Of a stretch of DNA of 64,000 nucleotides, positions 1 through 12,710 are shown in pieces. The DNA is from Octopus vulgaris (Eukaryota). The translations under genes and the position numbers were made by a program. The notes under the pieces are model-generated. The model was given only the letters and a program-made list of their open reading frames with translations, was not told where the DNA came from and ran no database searches. Location of the stretch: the NCBI GenBank assembly GCA_951406725.2, contig OX597832.1, positions 65,782,001 through 65,846,000 of the forward strand. The letters run 5' to 3'. Position 1 is the stretch's first letter; each line of letters starts with the position of its first letter.

Positions 1-742
1 TACACATCTTCACTCGCATTTTTCGCCAAATATATACGCATATATATACAAACTCATACACACACACATGCGTACCGTAAAAGTTCATACATACGTCTAT
101 ATACGCACAAGCACAAGAAAAGCAATGGTTAAAAATAACAGAAAAAAAACAAGGAAGTATACAAAGCATAAAGACCACGTTCATATACGGACATGCCCTT
201 ATGCACTCATACACATACGCCCATATATGTACATACCCGCATATGTTTATATACGCATACACACACACGCATATACAGAAAATGAATATACATATGCCCC
301 CCCCCAACCCCCCCTAAATAAATGAAAAAATACTAAGTAAAAACGTCTATATATATATGCATTCTTATGCCCGCACACACGCACGTATCTAAACCACCCA
401 CTCATACATATTCACACACGTGTACAAATGAAACTATATACACGTCTATATAGGCACAGGAATAAATGCAGGATAGAAAAGTACAGAAAAATACAGAAAA
501 AATTATCATGTGTGAAAATATAAAAATATATGAAATGATAAAAGGTATAATGAGATAAAAAACCTTTTGGGACATAATATAGAAAGCAAGTTATAAGTAC
601 GCACGTGGGTCCGCGAGCGCACATGTGAGCGTATGACTAGGCTATGAAATGTTAATCTTATTTTATATAACTAGCAGAATTATAACACAGTAATTTCCCT
701 TTATATAACGGTATTTTTTCATAGCGTTTTTTCAGATGGGCA

Positions 743-803
743 GATAACCGAAGAGATGGTGTTGTGGATTTCCACTTTTGCATCTGAAACTCAGAGTTTT
801 ATC
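743..803 (+). ncRNA. Hammerhead-like motif, family D copy 1 (core CCGAAGA)
   Basis: GATAA-CCGAAGA-GATG..CATC-T-GAAA-CTCAGAG-TT-TTATC; stem I GATAA/TTATC. Homologous to 10726-10786. Confidence 0.6.
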
Positions 804-915
804 TTGACTATTGAGTAATCGTAGCATATTATTTTATAGATAAATTTCCTCTATTTACATAATATTGAGGTCTCTTTCTTACTTTTGTTATCTTACCGTT
901 TTTACCAATATAGAT

Positions 916-1000
<85 letters not shown>

Positions 1001-1827
1001 GCTGCTGCATCATTGTTGCCGTTACTACTTGTGCATAAGCACAGAATCATGGGATATGCTTATAGTGATGTTTACTTGTAGCAAACTGTATTAGCGTTGC
1101 AAGGTCTGCGGTTTTGTCTGTGAACTAATCCATATTCTCACGAGTTCATTGCATATTGGTCTTAACACAACATCATACATAATTAACTATATTTTTTTTC
1201 GCAGAGAGCTTTCTGTTGCAAACATTCGGAGCGAATTCTCATACAAAGAACAATTTGCATGTATACTAACTTCTACCTATCAACCATTTCCCTCCTAATT
1301 AACTACGAATACGAAAAGAACAGAATAAAAATAAATGAACACTAGAGCAGAACATTAATACATCACCGTAAAGGCTATTGAAAGAAATACGTCCTGCAGT
1401 TACAAAAATGCTGCTAATTATCAAGGGAACTATGTAATCTATTTCATCCAAACGAATATAACAACAAAAAGATGAGGACAACTATCCGTCAAATGTAAAT
1501 AATGTAAATAATGTATATGTATTTTCAAAATATAGCCTCGTGCACCATGGAATTTCTGGAGACAGATACAACGATGAATGCAAAGTATCATTCGTGACAC
1601 TTGTGAGCTGTAAGTGATGAACTTGCTCCGCCGACGCACTACCTGGGACTTACCTTAAGACAAGGCATGAATACTGCGTTTGATGACTACTTTGTAAACC
1701 TTAATTCAACTTTACATATATATATATATATAAATTGAGGCTGATTCGTTGGTGTAAATGTAACACACTTGGTTGCGTTAACAAAGGGTTCGCCTCCAGC
1801 GCGGATAGAAAAGCCTTCATTTTTATA

Positions 1828-2201
1828 GGCGTAGGAGGGAGTGGCTGTGTGGTAATTAGCTTGCTTACCAACCACATGGTTCCGGGTTCAGTCCCACTGC
1901 GTGGCAACGTGGGCAAATTTCTTCTTTTATAGCCTCGGGCCGACCACATCCTTCTGAATGGATTTGATAGACGGAAACTGAAGGCAGCCCGTCGTATGTT
2001 TGTGTGTCTGTGTTTGTCCCCCAACATCGCTTGACAACCGATACTGGTGTGTTTACGTCCCCGTAACCTAGCGGTTTGGCAACAGAGCTGATAGAATAAG
2101 TATTGGGCTTACAAAGAATATATACTCGGGTCGATTTGCTCGACTAAAGGCGGTGCTCCTGCATGGCCACAGTCAAAATGACTAAAACAAGTAAAAAGAG
2201 T
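1828..2201 (+). mobile_element. Full-length tRNA-derived SINE, family 1 (CORE-like centre)
   Basis: A box TGGCTGTGTGG, B box GGTTCAGTCCC, CORE-like GGGCAAATTTCTTC..AGCCTCGG, tail GCATGGCCACAGTCAAAATGACTAAAAC, followed by (CATA)n. Confidence 0.85.
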
Positions 2202-4379
2202 ATATACATACATACATACATACATACATACATACATACATACATACATACATGAAATTATGTGGTTGCAAAGTGGGGTTCTTAATCCCGCAGTTATGTC
2301 TCTGCCTGGAAATATCTGAGAAGACATTTTACTATAATGTTTTAAATAAACAATGTTTAACATCTGCGGAAGTGGTTCAAGTAATACGATGACACGTTTA
2401 TGAAAGTTGTATTTTATCATCACCAGTAACAAAGGAGATAATCAATGACATTGAGACCCAACAATTGAAGAGATTTTAAGCACTCTAGTAAATTAGGTCT
2501 TATACTTAAAAGGTACGGTGTGATTATGTGAAGTAAGTATGTAATGAACATAATGCCCAGTCTTGGAAAGAGAGGAGAATATAAAAGGAATGTGTGATCG
2601 TGTTGTTTAGTAAACAATTTTGTAGCTTGTGTAAATACACGTGCAGCAAAGATATATTTTTTTAACTGACAGCGTTATGCAAATCAGTCACACGTTATGA
2701 TTCCTGACTATTTGTGTGTGTCTATTATAAACTTTCATAAGGCGACGAGCTGAGCTAGTAGAACCGTTAGTACGCCGGACTAAATTCTTAGCGGTATTTA
2801 GTCCGTCTTTACGTTCTGATTTCAAATGCCGCCCAGATTTACAGTGCCTTTCATCTTTTCCGGACTGAACAAGTAAGTACCGGTTAGACATGTGATTGAT
2901 GTTACCGAATTATTCGTTAACCAGAATTGCTGGCCCTAGGCCAAAATTTGAAACCAATATTACAAATTGCCATAAGCTGGTATGATCGATCTCCGGTTCT
3001 AACTTGACAGAGATAAAACAATTACTTGATAATCTTCCTGTGGCTACTTCACATAGTTTGCCTAAATGGATGAATACTAAAATCATAAACTTTAAATTAC
3101 ATTCCACAACAGTTATTGATTTAGTCTATCATAATAAATAATATAAAGTCACTTAACATAATAATGGTGTCTGATATTATAATTTTATATAACAATGTTA
3201 TATAATATTATATGATAACATAACAATATAGTATCGTTAATATAATAAATGGATTCTTAGAAGAAGTAATTAAATAATTAATAAGTTTATGCATTAGTTT
3301 TATGTATGATTCAAAAGTTTACCGCCACTATAGAGAAATAGGACTCTAAAACACCCAGAAAGATTTCAAATCCCACATTGGTTTTTCACTAGCCTGCTTT
3401 CTGTTACTTATTTCAGTATTTAGCATCTGCCAGCTCTGATATGGAGAATCTATTTTCATATTTTAGAATATTGCCACCAAATACAGCAAATTCAAATTTA
3501 ATTTTTTAAACCCAGAAACAAGTTTTGCCTAGACAAATACAAACAAAAACAAAAGCGAAGATATCAGTGATCGAATCGGAAATGGTTAAAAGAAGCAGAT
3601 ACATATACCTAATGTAATACATGAAGAACACAAAATATGAATCAAGATAACCGCATATATTATTGGTGCCGAAATGCTGCAATTATAGATGAATAATATC
3701 GTGTGTGTCTGTGTTTATATGTGTATATGTGAGTGTGTGTGGGTCTGTGTGCCTGTGTGCGTGTGTAGACCAAGACAGCATACATGACTGTGGTCAAAAC
3801 TGCACATTGCAACCCCGCTGCTTTCGAATCAAACATATTTCACAGATCATGCGCATGTCAAAGGAACAAAAAACTATCAATTGAACTTCCTCGTCGAACA
3901 GTCGTTGCTGTTATAAGATGTAATGCTCTCATTGGTGATTGTTTGAGTATTTTCCTATACATGCGGTAGAGCTTAAAAAATGAATTGCTATTTTATTTCG
4001 AAAATATAACCAAAATATAACGAAACGCCAGAATCAGTTTGAAGGGGAATTTCTGAGTAGCGTGTGTGTACGAATGTTTATCTATGTTTTTTTCCTCCTC
4101 AGACCAGCTCCTGACAACCGGTATTGGTTTACTGACGTCCATTTAACTTAGTGGCTCAGCAAAATTTGCGGAAATAAGTGATGTAGTTGAACTGTTCGAG
4201 TAAAATCACCAAGGCCGCACTCCCTTCAATGACTCATTTAACTGAAATGTTTGTGTGTGCGTGTAGATGTATGCGTGTGTGTGCTTATGTGTATGTGACT
4301 ATGATTATATTATGTGTGAGTGCGTATAAGTATATATCACGAATAAAACGCGTTATTGATGCCGACATGATCCGAACAT

Positions 4380-4412
4380 TACGTTTCGAGCCTACGCTCT
4401 TCGACAGAAAGA
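4380..4412 (-). ncRNA. Minimal HHR-like motif, family E
   Basis: Minus strand: cttt-CTGTCGA-A-GAGC-GTAG-GCTC-GAAACGTA. Same family as 32437 and 57097. Confidence 0.55.
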
Positions 4413-4466
4413 TACACAGAAAAGAAACAAGGTGAGAAAAAAATTACGTGTAGGGGCTAACGGGTG

Positions 4467-4527
<61 letters not shown>

Positions 4528-5173
4528 TAGAGAAATGCTAGTATGTATGTATCTGTGAACTAGTATGAATTAATATATTGTTATAAAACCAGTCATTCGA
4601 TCACCAGACAAAAGTCAATATATTTAGGGAAATACGTATTTTAGGAACATATATGTAGATGAAGTCAGCTACACTTAGCTAACACCTTTAGATATGAAGC
4701 AAGAGAAAACGTTAATAAACGTGAAACGTTTTCAAAGACAAGCCTCAAATAATGCTTTAAAGTGAAAATTGAAAAGAAAAAGAAATACAAAACGTTTCTA
4801 TTGTGTGACGTGTCGTTGTAAATACTAACTGATTCTAAAATGTTGGGAGACAATTTCCCAAACACTGTGACAACATCCAAAGAACTATGACAACTTCCAA
4901 AGAACTGGTAATTTTTGAGGAGACAAGAATTATGAAGTCCATCCACTTCAGTCAATGTTTAGTATTTAGAGATACACTGAAGCGACAGAAATACGTGCTT
5001 GTATGAGACACTGAATGACATGCAAGCAGAGAAATTCAGTTACTTCACATGGACGATTATTATAGGTATAACAATTTACACACACATATACATATATAGG
5101 ATTATATATATACATACACATATATATATATATATTCATATTTTTATATCAATCTATATATATATATGTCTCA

Positions 5174-5174
<1 letters not shown>

Positions 5175-5269
<95 letters not shown>

Positions 5270-5282
5270 CTCTATCTTTCTG

Positions 5283-5367
<85 letters not shown>

Positions 5368-5379
5368 GTATATATATAG

Positions 5380-5434
<55 letters not shown>
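5175..5434. repeat. (CTAT)n followed by (TA)n/(GA)n; a similar (CTAT)n tract is at 38437-38555
   Basis: Direct inspection. Confidence 0.97.
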
Positions 5435-5439
<5 letters not shown>

Positions 5440-5666
5440 GGGGTTTAGTTCACTGGTGATCTAAACGAAGTGGTACGGTGGGTAATTGCTGTTGCGCATT
5501 ATAAGGGCGCAAAGCTTGTAACTGAAACGGGAGCTATGGAGCCATTTTAGGTTTCCGATATAGCGGATATGTTTTTGTGAAAGAGGATAACAAACGCTAA
5601 AGCATGACAAGCATCTTCATTCACATACATTGTTACTCTTAAATTAGTTGAGTTCTTACAGCGCAA

Positions 5667-5733
<67 letters not shown>

Positions 5734-5779
5734 AAAATGTGTTATTTTTTTCCTGCGTGGAAACAGCACTCCCTCTTTT

Positions 5780-5849
<70 letters not shown>

Positions 5850-5940
5850 TAATCCAAACAAGAAAACAAAAAAGACAACAACGCAAGGAGGTGGAACAAT
5901 TAAAGTATTATTAGGCGCTCAGGAAAAAAGGGAAGAAGGA

Positions 5941-5980
5941 GGGTACGACGTTTCGAGCGGAGCTCTTCGTCGGAAATATA
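5941..5980 (-). ncRNA. Minimal HHR-like motif in PLE family A terminus (core CCGACGA)
   Basis: Minus strand: CCGACGA-A-GAGC-TCC-GCTC-GAAACGTC, with a palindromic ACGT stem III. Confidence 0.65.
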
Positions 5981-7645
5981 GGAGAAAGAAAGATCCCGAG
6001 GTGGGAGGACAGAGGGAAAACAATGCAAGTGGTCTCACGAGGTCAACTTACTGGAAAGGCGGAAGTAGTAAACAAGAGAGTGCGGGTTTTCAAAGACAAG
6101 AGAGCAGAAAAGAAGGAAGGTAAACAAACAGTGTGCGAGATGACAAGGGTGTGTGTGTGAGTGTGTGCGTGTGTGTGTATGTATGTATATGTTGGGCGAA
6201 AGCTGGGGCAACAGCAGTAGCAACGGTGTGCGAGAGGACAAGGGTGTGTATGTGAGTGTGTGCGTGTGTGTGTATGTGTGTATAGGTGGGCGAGGGCGAA
6301 GGCTAGCAGTGACAGGTCAGAAACACGAAGGAATGTCTGTGTGCTTGTATGTGTATGGGTGTATGTATGTGTGTGTATGTGTGTGTGTGTGTATGCATGT
6401 GTGTATGTGTGGAAGTGTGTGTGTGTATGTATGTATGTATGTGTGTGTGTATGTATGTATGTGTGCATGCGTGTGTGTGTGTGTATGTATATATGTGTGC
6501 ATGCGTGTATGTGTGTGTATGTATGCATGTATGCATGCATGTGCGTATGTGTGTGTATGCATGTGTGTAAGTATATGTGTATGTGCGTACATGTGTGTGT
6601 ATGTGTGTGTGTATGCATGTGTGTGTCTATGTATGTGTGTATGCGTGGGTGTATAAGTGTATGTGTGTATGTACGTGTGTATGTATGTATGGGTGTGTGT
6701 CTGTATATGTGTGTGTGTGTATGTATGTATGTATGAGTGAAGGTATGAATGTATGTAAGTGTGTGTGTGTACGTATGTAATGTATGTATGTATGCGTGTG
6801 TGTGTGTATATATGCGTGTGCGTGTGTATGTAGGTGTGTATGTATGTATGTGAGAGTGTAGGTGTGTGTATGTATGCGTGTGCGTGTATATGTGGGTGTG
6901 TATTGTATGTGTGTGTGAGTGTATGGGTGTATGTCTGTGTGTATGTATGTCTTATGTATGTATGTGTGTGTATGTATGTATGTGTGTATGTATGTATGTG
7001 TGTGGGTATGTATGTGTGTGTGTATGTGTGTATGTATGTATGTGTGTATGTGTGTAAGTGTGTGTAAGTGTATGTATGTAGGTATGTAGGTGTGCGCACG
7101 TGCATGCATGCATGTGTGTGTGAATGTATGTATACACACACACACACGAAGCACGCTCACACACACAACACACAAACAACACAACGGACGCATATGGGGC
7201 CGACCCCACCCCAGTCCCGTGCCAAAGCGCGCGCGCGCGCGGTCCCCCCAGCACCCACGCCACAAGAACCGAGATCCATCACCCCCTAAACCCAAAAGAA
7301 AGGGGGTGCGCCTGGATGCAAATATATGTATGTGTGCATGTATGTATGTGTGTATGTATGTGCATGTTTGTTTGTTTGTTTGTGTGTGTATGTATGTATG
7401 TATGTATGTGTGATTAAATGTGTGAAAGTATGTACGTATGTGTGTATACATATGTGTGTGTGTGTGTGAACGGGCGTGTTTGTGTGTGAACGGGCGTTTG
7501 TGTGTGCGCATGGGTGTGTATAGGTGTGGAAGTATGTGTGCGTACAAGTAGGTAAGTAGGTTGTGTGTGTGAGGTGTGTTGGAGGTAGGTGTGTTGGAAG
7601 TAGGTATGTGGGGGAGGTGTTTTCCGGAAAAAAACAAAAAAAAAC

Positions 7646-8627
7646 TTAAGAGGAGGGGGCTGTGTTGAGTCCATGTGGGGTAGTGGTTAGTAGGGTGAAG
7701 ATGTAGCGTTGCTCCAAGTGGAGCCTAGATAGTGGACGACCGTTGTGTGGGGCGAGACTAAACACTGAGATGTCATCGGGGTAATCGCTGGCCGAGCGGA
7801 AGTGGCGTGCGACGAGAGAACAAGATTGTAGGCGAACGTCCCTCAGATGTTCGGTGAATCGGTCTGACAAACGGCGTCCCGTCTGTCCTACATTCAGCAT
7901 TCCGCTGCGGTTGCATTTAATACAGTATATGAGGCCAGACGAGGTGCACGTAAAAGAATGTCTGATACGTACAGTTCGCTGGTTGGAGCCGGTGACAGCA
8001 GTGGTGTTGGTGATGAAGGGGCAGGTGTTGCAGCGGGATCTAGAGCACGGGAATGATCCGTGTGGGGCTGAGGGGGAAGGAGAGAGGGTGCTATGGACCA
8101 GGAGGTCGCGTAGATTCCGGGCTCGTTTGAAGGAGGACAAGGGTGGGTTGGGGAAAATGGGGCGGGTCGTGAGATCAAGCTGGAGGTGACGGAAGGCACG
8201 TAGTATCTTCCGACGAAGAGGTAGAGTAGAGGTGTGGAAAAGGAGGGGAAAGGGGGTGCGGTTGGGGGTGGGTGAGAGGAAGGAAACAGGGTGGTGGTGC
8301 AGTCGATGCGACGGGCGCGGGCGAAGGTATTTGAGATTAGTGTAGGTGGGTATCCTCGGAGTCTGAACAGGCGGGCCAGGTATTGAGATTGGGTCTCGAA
8401 ATCCTGGTCGCGGCTGCACAAGCGTCGGAGGCGGAGGAACTGGGAGTAGGGGATGGCCCGTTTGGTGTGGAAGGGGTGAGAGGAGGAGAAGTTGAGATAG
8501 AGGTGGGAATCCGTGGGTTTAAATAAGGCGGTGGTGGTGAGAGAGTGGGAGGGGTGGTCGATGCGGAGAGAGATGTCAAGGAAGTTGACAGAGGTGTTGG
8601 AGATGGTTGAGGTGAATTGTAGAGAGG

Positions 8628-8628
<1 letters not shown>
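7646..8628 (-). pseudogene. 5'-truncated, frameshifted Penelope-like (Neptune-type) ORF: RT C-terminus/thumb, Cys-rich linker and GIY-YIG endonuclease
   Basis: ORF 7894..8679 has VNFLDI...KPTDSHLYLNFSSSHPFHTKRAIPYSQFLRLRRLCS...RGYP. After a frameshift, ORF 7646..8419 has PCSRSRCNTCPFI...FTCTSSGLIYCIKC...NVGQTGRRLSDRFTEH...LEQRYIFTL..PHGLN. These are typical PLE motifs. Confidence 0.93.
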
Positions 8629-8668
<40 letters not shown>

Positions 8669-8755
8669 CATACATGCATATATATACAATAATAGAAATA
8701 TTAAAATTACTAAGTCTCTATAAAAGAGATTACGACAGCGTTTACTGGAAATTAA

Positions 8756-8894
8756 TTGTCATCGCCATATTAATATGGCATTCTTATAGATATAAGAATA
8801 ATAGCTATCTTAAGGCGGTGGCCTCATGGAGCTGACCAGCGGCAGCGATTATTCTTATATCTATAAGAATGTCATATTAATATGGCGATAACAA
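8756..8894. repeat. 51-bp inverted repeat whose arms are themselves hairpins
   Basis: 8756-8807 versus 8844-8894, with 3 mismatches by eye. Confidence 0.9.
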
Positions 8895-10725
8895 CATATA
8901 TATACACATATCTACATAAACACATGCACTCATAGAATTGCGCATATATATGTTTATGATTTCATACAGGCCTAGGTGAGGGATTTATAACTGTTAAAAA
9001 TGAAAATTAATTCTATTACTAACGAGCTTACAACTGTTTTCTGAAATGCAGGTTAGCGTTGTGTTCGAATCCTTGCAGTTATTCTGGGATGTTTCCTGTA
9101 GTATCTCTTTGAAGAGAAAAATAAATTACTCTTCATTTTCAGGGATTAAAGAGCCCTTTTCGAGATTATTTCCTCTGCGGATAATTAACCCATTTTATGT
9201 TGATGCAAAATTCGAAAATTTTAGCTTTAATTTGAAATGAAAGGAAAAGACGATGAAAACAAAAATCAATGTTGATGTGTGGTATGTAACCTGAATTGGG
9301 CTATGTTTCGATATTTTATTTTATTTTAGTTCATCTAGTTTCAGCTCACGAGCTGTGGCCATGCTGGGGCACCGCCATTTGAAAGATTTATTTAACTTTT
9401 GGCTGCCTGAGTAAATTGAGTCTAAGATATCTCATTGAAAATTACTGAGATATTTAATGGCATTTTCCATTGTTTTTAGTATGTAGCTCAGCTATTCTGT
9501 GTAATATCAAAATGCAGACACATGATTAGCAGAGAATATATTCTATGCGTAAAGTTATTTTTTACTGAACTTGAACTTCGTATCATTATATGAACAGAGC
9601 AATAAATTATCACATAAACAAACAGATAATCTAATACTGATTCAACATTCTGAGAGAAGGCCAGCAATTTCGAGAGCGGGGTTAAGTCGATTACATCAAC
9701 AGCAGTGCGGGACTGGAATGTACATTATAGACTTCGAAAGGCTGGAAAGCAAAGTGGATCTCAGCGGAATCTGAAATCAGAACATAAAGACGGACAAAAT
9801 TCCGCTAGCTAATTTGTCCGGCGTGTTTATGGTTCTGCCTTGATATATTTTCATATTGATATTTGTAGATGTATTTAAAGGTGTTTTTGGATGGAGTTAT
9901 GAGGTAACTAATTGGTTGTGGGCATATGATGTCAGAATCTTGAGTAAGCCAGTCTTACTAGACAAGGAATTGCGAAATGTTTTTATATGTGTACGATTCA
10001 GAAGTTGAACGAAGTATCTGACCTTCGTTAAATACGTATTCGGACGCCATCATTTCACGCTACCTAACTCTATCTATTTTCCCCTTTCTTTCTCTAATTT
10101 TCTGTTTCTTTTTCTTTTAATTCTTTTTCTTCTTTACCCCTTTTTTCATTCTCCCCCACTTTTATTTATTGAGTTTCTTCTTTTCTTTCTTTCACCTATA
10201 ACAACGAACTTGTATAAGCATACACCAGGAGATTGTGTGCGCTTACGTGTGTGCGTGCATGCATATATATGTATTTGTATATATTTATGTCTTGCCTATA
10301 TATGTCTGTGTATGTATGTAGCCATGTACCTGCATTTGTATGTTTAGTGTATATAGGTATATTATAGATTGTTTGGTATGTGTATATATTGCTAAAGGTA
10401 TATGTAATCTAGAGTGAATATTTTTTAACGGATACTTACTTTGATACTTTGATAGGTTTCGGCCATTATTGGCCCAGGCCATGTCTAACTTAATAGCACC
10501 ACCTGGTACTATTGAAACACACACATACTCGGCCACACACTCGCATGTGTGTGTATTGATATGCGCGCTAACGCGATCACTATGAGCATTTTTACTCCTT
10601 TCCATTTACACCCTCCCCTTATTTAGCGGTCATTTTAATAGTGCTTTTGTCTTAATAACGGTCGCTCACATAGTAATTTCCCTTTGTTTTAACGGTCATT
10701 TTCAGAGCATTTTGTTCGATGGCCC

Positions 10726-10786
10726 GATAACTGAAGAGATGCTGGCGTGGACTTCCGCCCCGACATCCGAAACTCGGAGTTTTAAC
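10726..10786 (+). ncRNA. Hammerhead-like motif, family D copy 2
   Basis: GATAA-CTGAAGA-GATG..CATC-C-GAAA-CTCGGAG-TT-TTAAC. It lies within a repeat at 10665-10830 that is homologous to 685-845. Confidence 0.65.
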
Positions 10787-10823
10787 ATGACTGCCGAATG
10801 ATTGTCACATATTATATTTACAG

Positions 10824-10885
<62 letters not shown>

Positions 10886-11064
10886 ATGTAGTATATATAT
10901 ATATGTGTGTGAGAGAGTTGGTGTGTGAAAATACGTCGTTGGATGTATAAAAAATAAAAAGAGTGAAAAAACTACAGAAGGCTTGTGTTATAATGTTAAA
11001 GAATATATTTCAGTCCTTGTTAGAAAACTGTTATAAAATTTTGTGTATAGTAACATAGTTTCTG

Positions 11065-11103
11065 GAGAAATAACCGGTTTCGTATATTCTTTTCAAATTT
11101 CTC
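11065..11103 (-). ncRNA. Ultra-minimal HHR variant (U3-A8) in PLE family B left arm
   Basis: Minus strand: GAGAAAT-TTGAAAA-G-AATATA-C-GAAAC-CG-GTT-ATTTCTC, with a perfect 7-bp stem I. Confidence 0.65.
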
Positions 11104-11970
11104 AAATTTCTTTACCTACATCGTGTCATATCTTCGTTATGAAGTGAAGAATTGCAGGCAGATGAAGGTAATCAGGGATTTCTTCCGGTATAAGGGAGGT
11201 AATCGCTTTATATATTTTTTCTTTTTTTCAATGAGATGAATTTCCTTGTATAAACATGTTAGAATGGTTAAGTTTTGGTTTATATTTTTCAATGAAGAAT
11301 GTTTCCTTGTCTAATCTAATTTGTGTTGGTATATCAATAGCACATTGATAGAATGTAACGATTAAAAACTGTGGCAGTATTTGCTTTGCGCATTTCTCAA
11401 TATGTTCACTAAAGGGTAACATTCTGTATTCTGCGCCTGAGCGATAATCCCGTGGACCTACGAAGTTTTGGTGGCAGCACGAGCATCTTATGACATAAAT
11501 TATGTTTTCTGAAGCACAAGTAAAATTAGATTTGATCTTGAATTTTTGTTCCCTCTGTGAAGAGGAATACTGATCCTTCTAGAAGGCTTGGGCATGTTGC
11601 ACAGTTTGGTCTACAAAATTTTTTTTACATTTTGCATCCGTAATTTCAGAAAACAATTTTGCATTTCTGAGGATCGTTTTTAGTGATATAGGTTGTTCGT
11701 AGCTTTTAATGATTTTATGTATGTTTAGAATTTCCTTTAATTTGGGGTCATAATGAAGCATTGGTAAATTCTATGTGATGATGGTGAAGGCTTCTTTGTT
11801 TCTGGGGTTGTATGTGGATATGTAAGGCAGTACTTTCCGGGAAGGTGTGTTGCTGTGTTGAACTTTTCTTAAAGATTCTATGTCGATTTCTGTCGCACGT
11901 CTGGAACTTCCCCTGCCTGGAACTCTTCACTTCATAAGGAAGACATGACACGGTGTAGGTAAAGAAATTT

Positions 11971-12009
11971 GAGAAATTTGAAAAGAATATACGAAACCGG
12001 TTATTTCTC
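11971..12009 (+). ncRNA. Ultra-minimal HHR variant (U3-A8) in PLE family B right arm
   Basis: GAGAAAT-TTGAAAA-G-AATATA-C-GAAAC-CG-GTT-ATTTCTC, identical to the left-arm motif. Confidence 0.65.
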
Positions 12010-12123
12010 CAAAACCTATGTTACTATACACAAAACTTTCTAACATTTTTCTAACATAACGACTTAAATATATTCTTTAACCTTATAACACAAACCTTCT
12101 GTAGTTTTTTCACTCCTTTTTAT

Positions 12124-12263
<140 letters not shown>

Positions 12264-12300
12264 TGTATGTATGTATGTATGTATGTATGTATATGTATTT

Positions 12301-12668
12301 CGTGGAGGTGCAATGGCCCAGTAGATAGGGCAGCGGACTCACGGTCGTAGGATCGCGATTTCGATTCTCAGACCAGGCGTTGTGCGTGATTATTGTGCAA
12401 GTAACACTAGTTTCTGGAGAAATAACCGGTTTCGTATGTTCTCTTTCACCAAACTTTCTCTCACTCTTTCTTCCTGTTTCTGTTGTACGTCTATTTCAAA
12501 GGACCAGCCTTGTCACACTCTGCGTCACGCTGGATTCTTCCGAGAACTACGTTAAGGGTGCACGTGTTTGTGGAGTGCTCAGCCACTTGCACGTTAATTT
12601 CACGGGCAGGTTGTCTCGTTGATCGGTTCAACTGGAACCCTCGTCGTCCCCACCGACAGAGTACCACG
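12301..12668 (+). mobile_element. tRNA-derived SINE, family 3, carrying a foreign ~45-bp patch
   Basis: A box TGGCCCAGTAG, B-box-like TTTCGATTCTC, microsatellite flanks. 12400-12448 matches the PLE family B arm. Confidence 0.75.
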
Positions 12669-12675
12669 ATGTGTG

Positions 12676-12710
<35 letters not shown>

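Larger units (their letters stand above)
5845..8628 (-). mobile_element. Penelope-like retroelement, family A, copy 1 (ORF remnant, ~1.8 kb CA-rich 3' tail, HHR-bearing terminus)
   Basis: ORF above. Terminus 5845-6030 is the reverse-complement homologue of 53870-54062. Both ends abut (TA)n. Confidence 0.9.

Noticed and set aside
1205-1300. Possible plus-strand exon after ttttttttcgcag (ELSVANIRSEFSYKEQFAC...)
   Set aside because: No recognisable protein motif, a weak donor and no partner exons.
4999-5459. (YLSI)n ORFs, also at 38250-38642
   Set aside because: Translations of (CTAT)n.
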